From Escherichia coli (GTDB taxonomy: Bacteria; Pseudomonadota; Gammaproteobacteria; Enterobacterales; Enterobacteriaceae), in assembly GCF_017348835.2 (NCBI RefSeq), contig NZ_CP071375.1: a stretch of 64,000 nt of DNA; one strand, written 5' to 3'. Every line of letters starts with the position of its first letter. The stretch's first letter is position 1. A program made the position numbers and the translations under genes. Below the pieces are notes generated by a model. It did not search any database. It had not been told where the DNA came from and saw nothing but the letters and a program-made list of their open reading frames with translations. This document shows positions 9,532 to 21,483 of this stretch, piece by piece.

Positions 9532-11942
9532 TTGCACGCTGGTTCTGGCGCGAATGGCGTTCGCCGTCGCTATTAATTGTCTGGCTGGCGCTAAGCCTGG
9601 CGGTGGCCTGCGTGCTGGCGCTGGGCAATATCAGCGATCGCATGGAGAAGGGCTTAAGCCAGCAAAGCCGTGAGTTTATGGCGGGCGATCGGGCGTTGCG
9701 CAGTTCGCGCGAGGTGCCGCAAGCGTGGCTGGAGGAAGCGCAAAAGCGCGGCCTGAAAGTCGGCAAGCAGCTGACTTTCGCCACGATGACATTTGCAGGC
9801 GACACACCGCAGCTGGCGAATGTCAAAGCGGTGGATGATATCTACCCGATGTATGGCGATCTGCAAACCAATCCCCCCGGCCTGAAACCACAGACGGGCA
9901 GCGTATTGCTGGCCCCACGCCTGATGGCACTGCTTAACCTGAAAACAGGCGACACCATCGACGTGGGTGATGCCACTTTGCGGATTGCCGGAGAAGTGAT
10001 TCAGGAACCGGATTCCGGTTTTAACCCCTTCCAGATGGCTCCGCGTCTGATGATGAATCTGGCGGATGTCGATAAAACCGGAGCCGTGCAGCCGGGGAGT
10101 CGGGTCACCTGGCGCTATAAATTCGGCGGCAGCGAGAACCAGCTCGACAGCTATGAGAAATGGTTGTTACCTCAGCTTAAACCCGAACAACGCTGGTACG
10201 GTCTGGAACAGGACGAAGGCGCGCTGGGGCGATCGATGGAACGCTCGCAACAGTTCCTGCTGCTTTCGGCGCTTCTGACCTTGCTGCTGGCAGTGGCAGC
10301 AGTGGCGGTAGCGATGAATCATTACTGTCGCAGTCGCTACGATCTGGTGGCGATCCTCAAAACGCTGGGGGCAGGGCGAGCGCAACTGCGTAAGCTAATC
10401 GTCGGTCAGTGGTTGATGGTGCTGACGCTTTCAGCCGTTACCGGCGGGGCGATAGGCCTGTTGTTCGAAAACGTGTTGATGGTGCTGCTCAAGCCCGTTC
10501 TGCCTGCTGCACTACCGCCAGCCAGCCTCTGGCCGTGGCTATGGGCGCTGGGCACCATGACGGTCATCTCGCTGCTGGTGGGGCTACGACCATACCGCTT
10601 GTTGCTGGCAACGCAGCCTTTACGCGTATTACGTAATGATGTGGTAGCGAACGTCTGGCCGCTGAAGTTTTATCTGCCGATTGTCAGTGTGGTGGTTGTG
10701 CTGCTGCTCGCCGGATTAATGGGGGGCAGTATGCTGCTCTGGGCGGTGCTGGCGGGCGCGGTAGTACTGGCTTTGCTATGCGGTGTGCTGGGCTGGATGC
10801 TGCTGAATGTACTTCGCCGCATGACGCTGAAATCGCTGCCTCTGCGCCTGGCGGTTAGCCGCCTGTTACGTCAGCCGTGGTCAACGTTAAGCCAGCTTTC
10901 GGCATTTTCGCTCTCCTTTATGCTGCTGGCACTGCTGCTGGTGTTGCGTGGCGATCTGCTCGACCGCTGGCAGCAGCAGCTACCTCCAGAAAGCCCGAAC
11001 TACTTTTTAATTAACATCGCCACAGAACAGGTAGCACCGCTAAAAGCGTTCCTCGCGGAACATCAGATAGTCCCGGAATCGTTTTATCCGGTGGTGCGGG
11101 CGAGACTGACGGCGATTAACGGCAAGCCGACAGAAGGCAATGAAGATGAGGCGCTCAATCGCGAACTCAATCTTACCTGGCAAAATACGCGGCCCGATCA
11201 TAATCCGATTGTCGCCGGTAACTGGCCGCCAAAAGCCGATGAAGTGTCGATGGAAGAGGGGCTGGCGAAACGCTTAAACGTTGCCCTCGGTGATACCGTG
11301 ACTTTTATGGGCGATACCCAGGAGTTCCGCGCTAAAGTGACCAGCCTGCGCAAAGTGGACTGGGAAAGTCTGCGGCCTAATTTCTATTTTATTTTCCCTG
11401 AAGGGGCATTAGACGGGCAACCGCAGAGCTGGCTTACCAGTTTCCGCTGGGAGAATGGCAACGGCATGTTGACGAAACTCAACCGCCAGTTCCCTACCAT
11501 TAGCCTGTTAGACATTGGCGCGATTTTAAAACAGGTCGGTCAGGTGCTGGAGCAGGTAAGTCGGGCGCTGGAGGTGATGGTGGTGCTGGTCACCGCCTGC
11601 GGTATGTTGCTGTTGCTGGCACAGGTGCAGGTGGGAATGCGTCAGCGTCATCAGGAGCTGGTGGTGTGGCGCACACTCGGTGCGGGGAAAAAACTGCTGC
11701 GTACCACGTTGTGGTGTGAGTTCGCCATGCTTGGGTTTGTTTCCGGCCTGGTGGCCGCAATTGGTGCGGAAACGGCACTGGCAGTGTTGCAGGCGAAAGT
11801 GTTTGATTTTCCGTGGGAGCCAGACTGGCGATTGTGGATTGTTCTGCCGTGCAGCGGTGCGCTGCTGCTGTCGCTTTTCGGCGGCTGGCTGGGTGCGCGA
11901 CTGGTTAAGGGTAAGGCGCTGTTCAGGCAGTTTGCGGGGTGA
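9528..11942 (+). CDS. ybbP: FtsX-like ABC transporter permease YbbP
   Basis: 804 aa; duplicated FtsX-type membrane domains; start overlaps ybbA stop. Confidence 0.9.
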   Translation: MIARWFWREWRSPSLLIVWLALSLAVACVLALGNISDRMEKGLSQQSREFMAGDRALRSSREVPQAWLEEAQKRGLKVGKQLTFATMTFAGDTPQLANVKAVDDIYPMYGDLQTNPPGLKPQTGSVLLAPRLMALLNLKTGDTIDVGDATLRIAGEVIQEPDSGFNPFQMAPRLMMNLADVDKTGAVQPGSRVTWRYKFGGSENQLDSYEKWLLPQLKPEQRWYGLEQDEGALGRSMERSQQFLLLSALLTLLLAVAAVAVAMNHYCRSRYDLVAILKTLGAGRAQLRKLIVGQWLMVLTLSAVTGGAIGLLFENVLMVLLKPVLPAALPPASLWPWLWALGTMTVISLLVGLRPYRLLLATQPLRVLRNDVVANVWPLKFYLPIVSVVVVLLLAGLMGGSMLLWAVLAGAVVLALLCGVLGWMLLNVLRRMTLKSLPLRLAVSRLLRQPWSTLSQLSAFSLSFMLLALLLVLRGDLLDRWQQQLPPESPNYFLINIATEQVAPLKAFLAEHQIVPESFYPVVRARLTAINGKPTEGNEDEALNRELNLTWQNTRPDHNPIVAGNWPPKADEVSMEEGLAKRLNVALGDTVTFMGDTQEFRAKVTSLRKVDWESLRPNFYFIFPEGALDGQPQSWLTSFRWENGNGMLTKLNRQFPTISLLDIGAILKQVGQVLEQVSRALEVMVVLVTACGMLLLLAQVQVGMRQRHQELVVWRTLGAGKKLLRTTLWCEFAMLGFVSGLVAAIGAETALAVLQAKVFDFPWEPDWRLWIVLPCSGALLLSLFGGWLGARLVKGKALFRQFAG

Positions 11943-11958
11943 TGACAGGTGTTAGATT

Positions 11959-12057
11959 GCCTGATGCGCTACGCTTATCAGGCCTACGAAGAGCGTGCAA
12001 TATATTGATTTTGCAAGATTGTGTAGGCCAGATAAGGCGTTTACGCCGCATCCGGCA
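11959..12057. repeat. REP elements downstream of ybbP
   Basis: gcctgatgcgctacgcttatcaggcctac and tgtaggccagataaggcgtttacgccgcatccggca. Confidence 0.65.
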
Positions 12058-12159
12058 TGAACAGTGTGCATTTTGGCAATAAATCTGAAACCAACTGTCA
12101 TGTCGGTTTTTTTAAAGGCCGAAGGTGGTAAACCTTCGGCCTTAGCTACGTTTCCTCAG

Positions 12160-12243
12160 TTATTCAATAAACTGACGGATCAGTTCCAGCAGCGCGATTA
12201 GCGCCTTAAGAACGATGAGAACTTTATCGAGAAAAGTTTTCAT
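12160..12243 (-). CDS. candidate 27-aa hydrophobic peptide (type I toxin-like): MKTFLDKVLIVLKALIALLELIRQFIE
   Basis: ATG at 12243-12241 preceded by GGGAG 6 nt upstream; SD lies in palindrome CTCCCttaaGGGAG (12250-12263); TAA stop followed by GC hairpin ggccgaaggtttaccaccttcggcc; not in ORF track (below 60 aa). Confidence 0.35.
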   Translation of the reverse strand: MKTFLDKVLIVLKALIALLELIRQFIE

Positions 12244-12380
12244 CCGTTGCTCCCTTAAGGGAGAAAGACAATCACAGCTTACCCTTACGTTGCCTGTAAC
12301 TATGATTTTCTTCATGTGCTAGATGAGGAATGTTTCATTTCTGCCCGGAACCACCAAGTCTTGGGCGGAAAAAATAAAAA

Positions 12381-12406
12381 AACCGACTGTCATGTCGGTT
12401 TTTTTA
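12381..12406 (-). terminator. hairpin plus U-run downstream of mnmH (A-run/T-run flanked, likely bidirectional)
   Basis: aaaaaaaccgactgtcatgtcggttttttt: stem ccgac/gtcgg, loop tgtcat. Confidence 0.5.
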
Positions 12407-12468
12407 TATCTGTATTCTGGTGCAACCATTCTGTTCTCACGACAATCGCCGTTTCAGAATACCGCCCA

Positions 12469-13578
<1,110 letters not shown>

Positions 13579-13631
13579 TCAAATCAGCTTGCGCACTATT
13601 TTACGCGCCAACGCGCAAGGAAACTTGATTT

Positions 13632-14558
13632 TTAACTGCGTGGGTTGCCGAAAATTTCTAAAAATCCGCTGATTTCCGGCCTGCGTTGGGTAAACAAGGT
13701 CACAATATCTTCTACCGCTTTGCCGCTGCCAAATTTGCGCCATGCCAGACTCAATGGCGAAGGAGGGCGCATCGTTGGGATTACCCGGCTGACCAGTTGT
13801 TGATTATCGATCATTGACTGGCAAAGCGATTTTGGCAAAAAACCAATGCCAACGCCCGCCAGATGGGCGGCGATTTTCGTTTCCATATCGGGAACAATAA
13901 TCTCTTTTTGACCCGGCAATCGCCAGGCGACGCGTTTGGTTAAGGTGCGGGCGCTGTCTTCAATATTGACCGCCGGAAAGCGCCGCAACTGCGCTTCTGT
14001 TAGCGGCTCTTCAACATTCGCCAGCGGATGATCCGCCGCCATGACAAATCGCCATTGCACCGATCCTAAGGGATCAAGACTAAAGGTATTTGCCAGCGCC
14101 TCAGTTCCCGTGACGCCGATAGCCAGCGAAAAACCTTCGTACAATAGCGAGTCCCAGACGCCCATATAGATTTGTCGGGAGATGTGAAACTGGGTAAAGG
14201 GGTAACGTTCATTCAGCCACGCCAGCAACTGGGCGACGGCCTGGGGGTTGTAGAGCAGGTTGTTGATGACAATATTCACCTGGCGTTCCACGCCATCATT
14301 CACCTGTTGCAGCTCGCTTGGCATACTTTCCAGCCAGCTCAGCCAGTCTCTGGCCTGGGAAAGTAGATGCTCGCCAGCCGCTGTCAACGTCACGCTGCGA
14401 GTCGTACGGAAAAACAGCGCTACTCCGGTATTCTCTTCCAGAAGTTTAATGCGATAACTGATCGTCGCCGTGGTTTTACATAATCGTTCTGCCGCTTTTG
14501 AAAAACTTCCTGTTTCAGCAACCGCAATGAAAGTCCGCAAGGTTTCTGGATCGAACAT
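13632..14558 (-). CDS. allS: LysR-family activator of the allantoin regulon AllS
   Basis: 308 aa; N-terminal LysR HTH; synteny with allA/allR. Confidence 0.88.
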
Positions 14559-14787
14559 CTTCAGGTATCCCCTTTTAAATCAGCAAGTTGCGTGATTTTC
14601 TTATCCTCTGATTTATCAGTATTTTTACATGATAACCCTGTTCAATTTGTGGACTAAATCTAGTTTTGGAAAAATATTCCAACTTTTGTGTTGATGTTGT
14701 TCTCTTAAGGTTTTAGATTGCCTGTTATTGAAACCAAGCTGACCGGTCGGCGCTGGTTGAACGGAATTATGTTACAAGGACAAAAAG

Positions 14788-15270
14788 ATGAAACTTCAGG
14801 TATTACCGTTAAGTCAGGAAGCCTTTAGTGCTTATGGCGACGTAATCGAAACGCAGCAACGGGATTTTTTCCATATTAACAATGGCCTGGTGGAGCGTTA
14901 CCACGATTTGGCGCTGGTTGAGATTCTTGAGCAAGACCGTACGCTTATCAGCATTAACCGCGCGCAACCGGCGAATCTGCCGCTGACCATTCACGAACTC
15001 GAACGTCATCCGCTGGGTACTCAGGCCTTTATCCCGATGAAAGGTGAGGTGTTTGTGGTGGTCGTGGCGTTAGGTGACGACAAACCAGACCTGTCAACGC
15101 TGCGGGCGTTTATCACCAACGGCGAACAGGGAGTGAATTACCATCGTAACGTCTGGCATCACCCACTTTTCGCCTGGCAGCGCGTCACCGATTTTCTGAC
15201 CATCGATCGCGGCGGCAGTGACAACTGTGATGTTGAAAGTATTCCTGAACAGGAACTCTGTTTTGCGTGA
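14788..15270 (+). CDS. allA: ureidoglycolate lyase AllA
   Basis: 160 aa cupin-like; synteny. Confidence 0.88.
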
Positions 15271-15347
15271 CGCCTGCAACCGACTTGCATAAGATAAACT
15301 AATTGTTCATTGTTTATGCTCACTTGTAGGTCGGAGTTAACGTAGGT

Positions 15348-16163
15348 ATGACGGAAGTTAGACGGCGCGGCAGGCCAGGACAGGCGGAGCCTGTGGCACA
15401 GAAGGGCGCACAGGCATTAGAGCGGGGAATTGCGATTCTGCAATATCTGGAAAAAAGTGGGGGAAGTTCGTCGGTTAGCGATATTTCTCTCAATCTGGAT
15501 TTGCCGCTCTCCACGACCTTTCGCTTGCTGAAGGTTTTACAGGCAGCGGATTTTGTCTATCAGGACAGTCAGTTAGGCTGGTGGCATATAGGATTAGGTG
15601 TCTTTAACGTCGGTGCGGCGTACATCCATAACCGCGATGTCCTCTCCGTCGCCGGGCCGTTTATGCGCCGCCTGATGTTACTTTCCGGCGAAACGGTCAA
15701 TGTCGCGATCCGTAACGGCAATGAAGCGGTATTAATTGGTCAGTTAGAGTGTAAATCGATGGTCAGGATGTGCGCGCCACTGGGCAGTCGTCTGCCACTG
15801 CATGCTTCCGGTGCGGGCAAAGCGCTGCTTTATCCGCTGGCGGAAGAGGAGTTGATGAGCATCATTCTGCAAACCGGTTTGCAGCAGTTTACGCCAACTA
15901 CGCTTGTGGATATGCCCACCCTGCTGAAGGACCTGGAACAAGCGCGTGAACTGGGCTATACCGTAGATAAAGAAGAGCATGTTGTAGGCCTGAATTGCAT
16001 AGCTTCAGCAATTTATGACGATGTAGGTAGTGTTGTTGCCGCTATCTCCATCTCCGGGCCTTCATCAAGACTGACAGAAGACCGTTTTGTCAGTCAGGGT
16101 GAGCTGGTCAGAGACACCGCCCGCGATATCAGCACGGCGTTGGGACTGAAAGCACATCCATAA
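15348..16163 (+). CDS. allR: IclR-family repressor AllR
   Basis: 271 aa; IclR HTH plus effector domain. Confidence 0.9.
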
Positions 16164-16252
16164 TGTCTGTCGCATCCCGCTCTGCGGAGCGGGTTTTTGT
16201 GACAAAATTTGAAAGTTGGAAAATTTTTCCAATAAATAGAGGTAGGAATAAA

Positions 16253-18034
16253 ATGGCAAAAATGAGAGCCGTTGACGCGGCAATGTATGTGCTGGAGAAA
16301 GAAGGTATCACCACCGCCTTCGGTGTTCCGGGAGCTGCAATCAATCCGTTCTACTCAGCGATGCGTAAGCACGGCGGTATTCGTCACATTCTGGCGCGTC
16401 ATGTGGAAGGTGCTTCGCACATGGCGGAAGGTTATACCCGCGCAACGGCAGGGAATATCGGCGTATGTCTGGGGACTTCCGGTCCTGCGGGCACGGACAT
16501 GATCACCGCGCTCTATTCCGCTTCTGCTGATTCCATTCCTATTCTGTGCATTACCGGCCAGGCTCCGCGCGCCCGTCTGCATAAAGAAGATTTTCAGGCC
16601 GTAGATATTGAAGCAATTGCTAAACCGGTCAGCAAAATGGCGGTTACAGTACGTGAAGCGGCGCTGGTGCCTCGCGTGCTGCAACAGGCATTTCACCTGA
16701 TGCGTTCTGGTCGTCCGGGTCCGGTACTGGTGGATTTACCGTTCGACGTTCAGGTTGCGGAAATCGAGTTTGATCCTGACATGTACGAACCGCTGCCGGT
16801 CTACAAACCTGCTGCCAGCCGTACGCAGATCGAAAAAGCTGTAGAAATGTTAATCCAGGCCGAACGTCCGGTGATTGTTGCCGGGGGCGGGGTAATCAAT
16901 GCTGACGCAGCTGCACTGTTACAACAGTTTGCTGAACTGACCAGCGTTCCGGTGATCCCAACACTGATGGGCTGGGGCTGTATCCCGGACGATCATGAAC
17001 TGATGGCCGGGATGGTGGGTCTGCAAACCGCGCATCGTTACGGTAACGCAACGTTGCTGGCGTCCGACATGGTGTTTGGTATCGGTAACCGTTTTGCTAA
17101 CCGTCATACCGGTTCGGTAGAGAAATACACCGAAGGGCGCAAAATCGTTCATATCGATATTGAGCCGACGCAAATTGGTCGCGTGCTGTGTCCGGATCTC
17201 GGCATTGTCTCTGATGCTAAAGCGGCGCTGACACTGCTGGTTGAAGTGGCGCAGGAGATGCAAAAAGCGGGTCGTCTGCCGTGTCGTAAAGAATGGGTCG
17301 CCGACTGCCAGCAGCGCAAACGCACTTTGCTGCGCAAAACCCACTTCGACAACGTGCCGGTGAAACCGCAGCGCGTGTATGAAGAGATGAACAAAGCCTT
17401 TGGTCGCGATGTTTGTTATGTCACCACCATTGGCCTGTCACAAATCGCTGCGGCACAAATGCTGCATGTCTTTAAAGACCGCCACTGGATCAACTGTGGT
17501 CAGGCTGGTCCGTTAGGCTGGACGATTCCGGCGGCGCTGGGGGTTTGTGCCGCTGATCCGAAACGCAATGTGGTGGCGATTTCCGGTGACTTCGACTTCC
17601 AGTTCCTGATTGAAGAGTTAGCCGTTGGCGCGCAGTTCAACATTCCGTACATCCATGTGCTGGTGAATAACGCCTATCTCGGCCTGATTCGTCAGTCACA
17701 ACGCGCCTTTGACATGGACTACTGCGTGCAACTCGCTTTCGAGAATATCAACTCCAGCGAAGTGAACGGTTACGGCGTCGACCACGTAAAAGTAGCGGAA
17801 GGTTTAGGTTGTAAAGCTATTCGCGTCTTCAAACCGGAAGATATTGCACCGGCCTTTGAACAGGCGAAAGCCTTAATGGCGCAATATCGGGTACCGGTAG
17901 TCGTGGAAGTTATTCTCGAGCGTGTGACAAATATTTCGATGGGCAGCGAACTGGATAACGTCATGGAATTTGAAGATATCGCCGATAACGCAGCGGATGC
18001 ACCGACTGAAACCTGCTTCATGCACTATGAATAA
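16253..18034 (+). CDS. gcl: glyoxylate carboligase (tartronate-semialdehyde synthase)
   Basis: 593 aa from MAKMRAV; ThDP-enzyme family. Confidence 0.92.
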   Translation: MAKMRAVDAAMYVLEKEGITTAFGVPGAAINPFYSAMRKHGGIRHILARHVEGASHMAEGYTRATAGNIGVCLGTSGPAGTDMITALYSASADSIPILCITGQAPRARLHKEDFQAVDIEAIAKPVSKMAVTVREAALVPRVLQQAFHLMRSGRPGPVLVDLPFDVQVAEIEFDPDMYEPLPVYKPAASRTQIEKAVEMLIQAERPVIVAGGGVINADAAALLQQFAELTSVPVIPTLMGWGCIPDDHELMAGMVGLQTAHRYGNATLLASDMVFGIGNRFANRHTGSVEKYTEGRKIVHIDIEPTQIGRVLCPDLGIVSDAKAALTLLVEVAQEMQKAGRLPCRKEWVADCQQRKRTLLRKTHFDNVPVKPQRVYEEMNKAFGRDVCYVTTIGLSQIAAAQMLHVFKDRHWINCGQAGPLGWTIPAALGVCAADPKRNVVAISGDFDFQFLIEELAVGAQFNIPYIHVLVNNAYLGLIRQSQRAFDMDYCVQLAFENINSSEVNGYGVDHVKVAEGLGCKAIRVFKPEDIAPAFEQAKALMAQYRVPVVVEVILERVTNISMGSELDNVMEFEDIADNAADAPTETCFMHYE

Positions 18035-18046
18035 GGGAGATAAATA

Positions 18047-18823
18047 ATGTTACGTTTCTCTGCTAATTTATCGATGTTATTTGGTGAATATGATTTTCTC
18101 GCCCGTTTTGAGAAAGCTGCGCAGTGTGGTTTTCGCGGCGTTGAATTTATGTTTCCTTATGACTACGACATTGAAGAATTAAAACAGGTGCTGGCGAGTA
18201 ATAAACTCGAACATACGCTGCACAATTTACCGGCGGGTGACTGGGCGGCGGGGGAGCGCGGTATTGCCTGTATTCCTGGCCGTGAAGAAGAGTTTCGGGA
18301 TGGCGTAGCAGCAGCGATTCGTTATGCCCGTGCGCTGGGTAATAAAAAAATTAACTGTCTGGTCGGTAAAACGCCGGCTGGTTTCAGCAGTGAACAGATT
18401 CACGCAACGCTTGTAGAAAACCTGCGTTATGCCGCGAATATGCTGATGAAAGAAGATATTTTATTACTGATTGAACCTATTAACCATTTTGATATTCCTG
18501 GTTTCCATCTCACCGGAACTCGGCAGGCGCTGAAATTGATTGATGATGTTGGTTGCTGCAATTTGAAAATTCAGTATGACATTTATCACATGCAGCGGAT
18601 GGAAGGTGAATTAACCAACACCATGACTCAGTGGGCCGATAAAATTGGTCACCTGCAAATTGCCGATAATCCGCATCGCGGCGAACCGGGGACCGGAGAA
18701 ATTAATTATGATTATCTCTTTAAGGTAATCGAAAATTCTGACTACAACGGTTGGGTTGGTTGTGAATATAAACCCCAAACCACCACGGAAGCCGGTTTAC
18801 GCTGGATGGATCCGTACCGTTAA
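18047..18823 (+). CDS. hyi: hydroxypyruvate isomerase
   Basis: 258 aa TIM-barrel sugar-isomerase-like; synteny after gcl. Confidence 0.9.
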   Translation: MLRFSANLSMLFGEYDFLARFEKAAQCGFRGVEFMFPYDYDIEELKQVLASNKLEHTLHNLPAGDWAAGERGIACIPGREEEFRDGVAAAIRYARALGNKKINCLVGKTPAGFSSEQIHATLVENLRYAANMLMKEDILLLIEPINHFDIPGFHLTGTRQALKLIDDVGCCNLKIQYDIYHMQRMEGELTNTMTQWADKIGHLQIADNPHRGEPGTGEINYDYLFKVIENSDYNGWVGCEYKPQTTTEAGLRWMDPYR

Positions 18824-18922
18824 AACGTAACGCTGTTCAGGCAATGCTTTTTTAGGCCGCTAAGTTGGCAGGGGATCGTGTTGTCTGAATTCAGGAAAAG
18901 CGAAATTTAAAAGAGGTTAATT

Positions 18923-19801
18923 ATGAAACTGGGATTTATTGGCTTAGGCATTATGGGTACACCGATGGCCATTAATCTGGCGCGTGCCGGTCATCAACTG
19001 CATGTCACAACCATTGGTCCGGTTGCTGATGAATTACTGTCACTGGGTGCCGTCAGTGTTGAAACTGCGCACCAGGTAACGGAAGCATCGGACATCATTT
19101 TTATTATGGTGCCGGATACACCACAGGTTGAAGAAGTTCTGTTCGGTGAAAATGGTTGTACCAAAGCCTCGCTGAAGGGCAAAACCATTGTTGATATGAG
19201 CTCCATTTCCCCGATTGAAACTAAACGTTTCGCTCGTCAGGTGAATGAACTGGGCGGTGATTATCTCGATGCGCCAGTCTCCGGCGGCGAAATCGGCGCG
19301 CGTGAAGGGACGTTGTCAATTATGGTTGGCGGTGACGAAGCGGTATTTGAACGTGTTAAACCGCTGTTTGAACTGCTCGGTAAAAATATCACCCTTGTGG
19401 GCGGTAACGGCGACGGTCAAACCTGCAAAGTGGCAAATCAGATTATTGTGGCGCTCAATATTGAAGCGGTCTCTGAAGCTCTGCTGTTTGCTTCAAAAGC
19501 CGGTGCAGACCCGGTACGTGTGCGCCAGGCGCTGATGGGCGGCTTTGCTTCCTCACGTATTCTGGAAGTTCACGGTGAGCGCATGATTAAACGCACCTTT
19601 AATCCAGGTTTCAAAATTGCGCTGCACCAGAAAGATCTCAACCTGGCACTGCAAAGTGCGAAGACACTGGCGCTGAATCTGCCAAACACCGCGACCTGCC
19701 AGGAGTTATTTAATACCTGTGCGGCAAACGGTGGCAGCCAGTTGGATCACTCTGCGTTAGTGCAGGCGCTGGAATTAATGGCTAACCATAAACTGGCCTG
19801 A
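18923..19801 (+). CDS. glxR: tartronate semialdehyde reductase
   Basis: 292 aa; N-terminal Rossmann GLGIMG motif. Confidence 0.9.
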   Translation: MKLGFIGLGIMGTPMAINLARAGHQLHVTTIGPVADELLSLGAVSVETAHQVTEASDIIFIMVPDTPQVEEVLFGENGCTKASLKGKTIVDMSSISPIETKRFARQVNELGGDYLDAPVSGGEIGAREGTLSIMVGGDEAVFERVKPLFELLGKNITLVGGNGDGQTCKVANQIIVALNIEAVSEALLFASKAGADPVRVRQALMGGFASSRILEVHGERMIKRTFNPGFKIALHQKDLNLALQSAKTLALNLPNTATCQELFNTCAANGGSQLDHSALVQALELMANHKLA

Positions 19802-19969
19802 TACCCGCAATAAAAATGGCCGATATCAGAAAATGAATCGGCCAGCAATATTAAAAAAGAAAGCAGCCAAAGATGTTGCTTCAGTATTAAAAATAATATT
19901 TTTATTTTATTTGTTCCTCATGGCTAGATTAAAACAACGTTATTCGATACGTGAAATTAAGAGGGATTT

Positions 19970-21424
19970 ATGGAACATCAGAGAAAACTATTCCAGCAAC
20001 GCGGCTATAGCGAAGATCTATTGCCGAAAACGCAAAGCCAGCGGACCTGGAAAACATTTAACTATTTTACCTTATGGATGGGTTCGGTTCATAACGTTCC
20101 CAATTATGTGATGGTCGGCGGCTTTTTTATTCTCGGCTTGTCTACCTTTAGTATTATGCTGGCAATTATCCTCAGCGCCTTTTTCATTGCCGCGGTAATG
20201 GTATTAAACGGCGCTGCGGGCAGTAAATACGGCGTACCGTTTGCCATGATCCTGCGTGCTTCTTACGGCGTACGTGGCGCACTGTTTCCCGGATTATTAA
20301 GAGGCGGTATTGCTGCCATTATGTGGTTTGGCCTGCAATGTTACGCGGGGTCACTGGCCTGCTTGATTCTGATTGGCAAAATCTGGCCGGGATTTTTGAC
20401 TCTCGGTGGTGATTTCACTCTGTTAGGCCTTTCTCTACCGGGCTTAATTACTTTCTTACTCTTCTGGCTGGTCAACGTTGGTATAGGTTTTGGCGGTGGC
20501 AAAGTTTTAAATAAATTCACTGCCATTCTTAACCCGTGCATCTATATCGTTTTCGGCGGTATGGCGATTTGGGCGATTTCGCTGGTCGGGCTCGGTCCAA
20601 TCTTTGACTACATTCCGAGCGGTATTCAGAAAGCAGAAAACAGTGGATTCTTGTTCCTGGTGGTGATAAACGCGGTAGTTGCGGTCTGGGCGGCACCGGC
20701 GGTGAGCGCATCCGACTTTACGCAAAACGCCCACTCGTTTCGTGAGCAAGCGCTGGGGCAAACGCTGGGTTTAGTTGTGGCCTATATTCTGTTTGCGGTC
20801 GCCGGGGTATGTATTATTGCCGGAGCCAGTATTCACTACGGCGCTGACACCTGGAACGTGCTGGATATTGTTCAGCGTTGGGACAGCTTGTTCGCCTCGT
20901 TCTTTGCGGTACTGGTTATTCTGATGACGACTATCTCCACTAACGCCACCGGTAATATTATTCCGGCCGGTTATCAGATTGCTGCCATTGCACCGACAAA
21001 ACTGACCTATAAAAACGGCGTACTGATTGCCAGTATTATCAGCCTGCTGATCTGCCCGTGGAAATTAATGGAAAATCAGGACAGTATTTATCTGTTCCTC
21101 GATATCATCGGCGGAATGCTGGGTCCGGTAATTGGTGTCATGATGGCACATTATTTTGTGGTGATGCGTGGGCAAATTAATCTTGATGAACTGTACACCG
21201 CACCAGGCGATTATAAATATTACGATAACGGTTTTAACCTCACCGCGTTTTCAGTAACTCTGGTCGCCGTTATTTTATCTCTTGGCGGTAAGTTTATTCC
21301 CTTAATGGAACCGTTATCGCGTGTTTCATGGTTTGTTGGTGTCATCGTCGCCTTTGCGGCCTACGCCTTATTAAAGAAACGTACAACAGCAGAAAAAACA
21401 GGAGAGCAAAAAACCATAGGTTAA
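19970..21424 (+). CDS. ybbW: putative allantoin permease (NCS1 family; YbbW/AllW)
   Basis: 484 aa polytopic transporter; synteny. Confidence 0.88.
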   Translation: MEHQRKLFQQRGYSEDLLPKTQSQRTWKTFNYFTLWMGSVHNVPNYVMVGGFFILGLSTFSIMLAIILSAFFIAAVMVLNGAAGSKYGVPFAMILRASYGVRGALFPGLLRGGIAAIMWFGLQCYAGSLACLILIGKIWPGFLTLGGDFTLLGLSLPGLITFLLFWLVNVGIGFGGGKVLNKFTAILNPCIYIVFGGMAIWAISLVGLGPIFDYIPSGIQKAENSGFLFLVVINAVVAVWAAPAVSASDFTQNAHSFREQALGQTLGLVVAYILFAVAGVCIIAGASIHYGADTWNVLDIVQRWDSLFASFFAVLVILMTTISTNATGNIIPAGYQIAAIAPTKLTYKNGVLIASIISLLICPWKLMENQDSIYLFLDIIGGMLGPVIGVMMAHYFVVMRGQINLDELYTAPGDYKYYDNGFNLTAFSVTLVAVILSLGGKFIPLMEPLSRVSWFVGVIVAFAAYALLKKRTTAEKTGEQKTIG

Positions 21425-21483
21425 TTAATCCCGATATTGAACATTGAGTTAAAAACCAATCTGTATTTTACAAGGAGTTTGTT

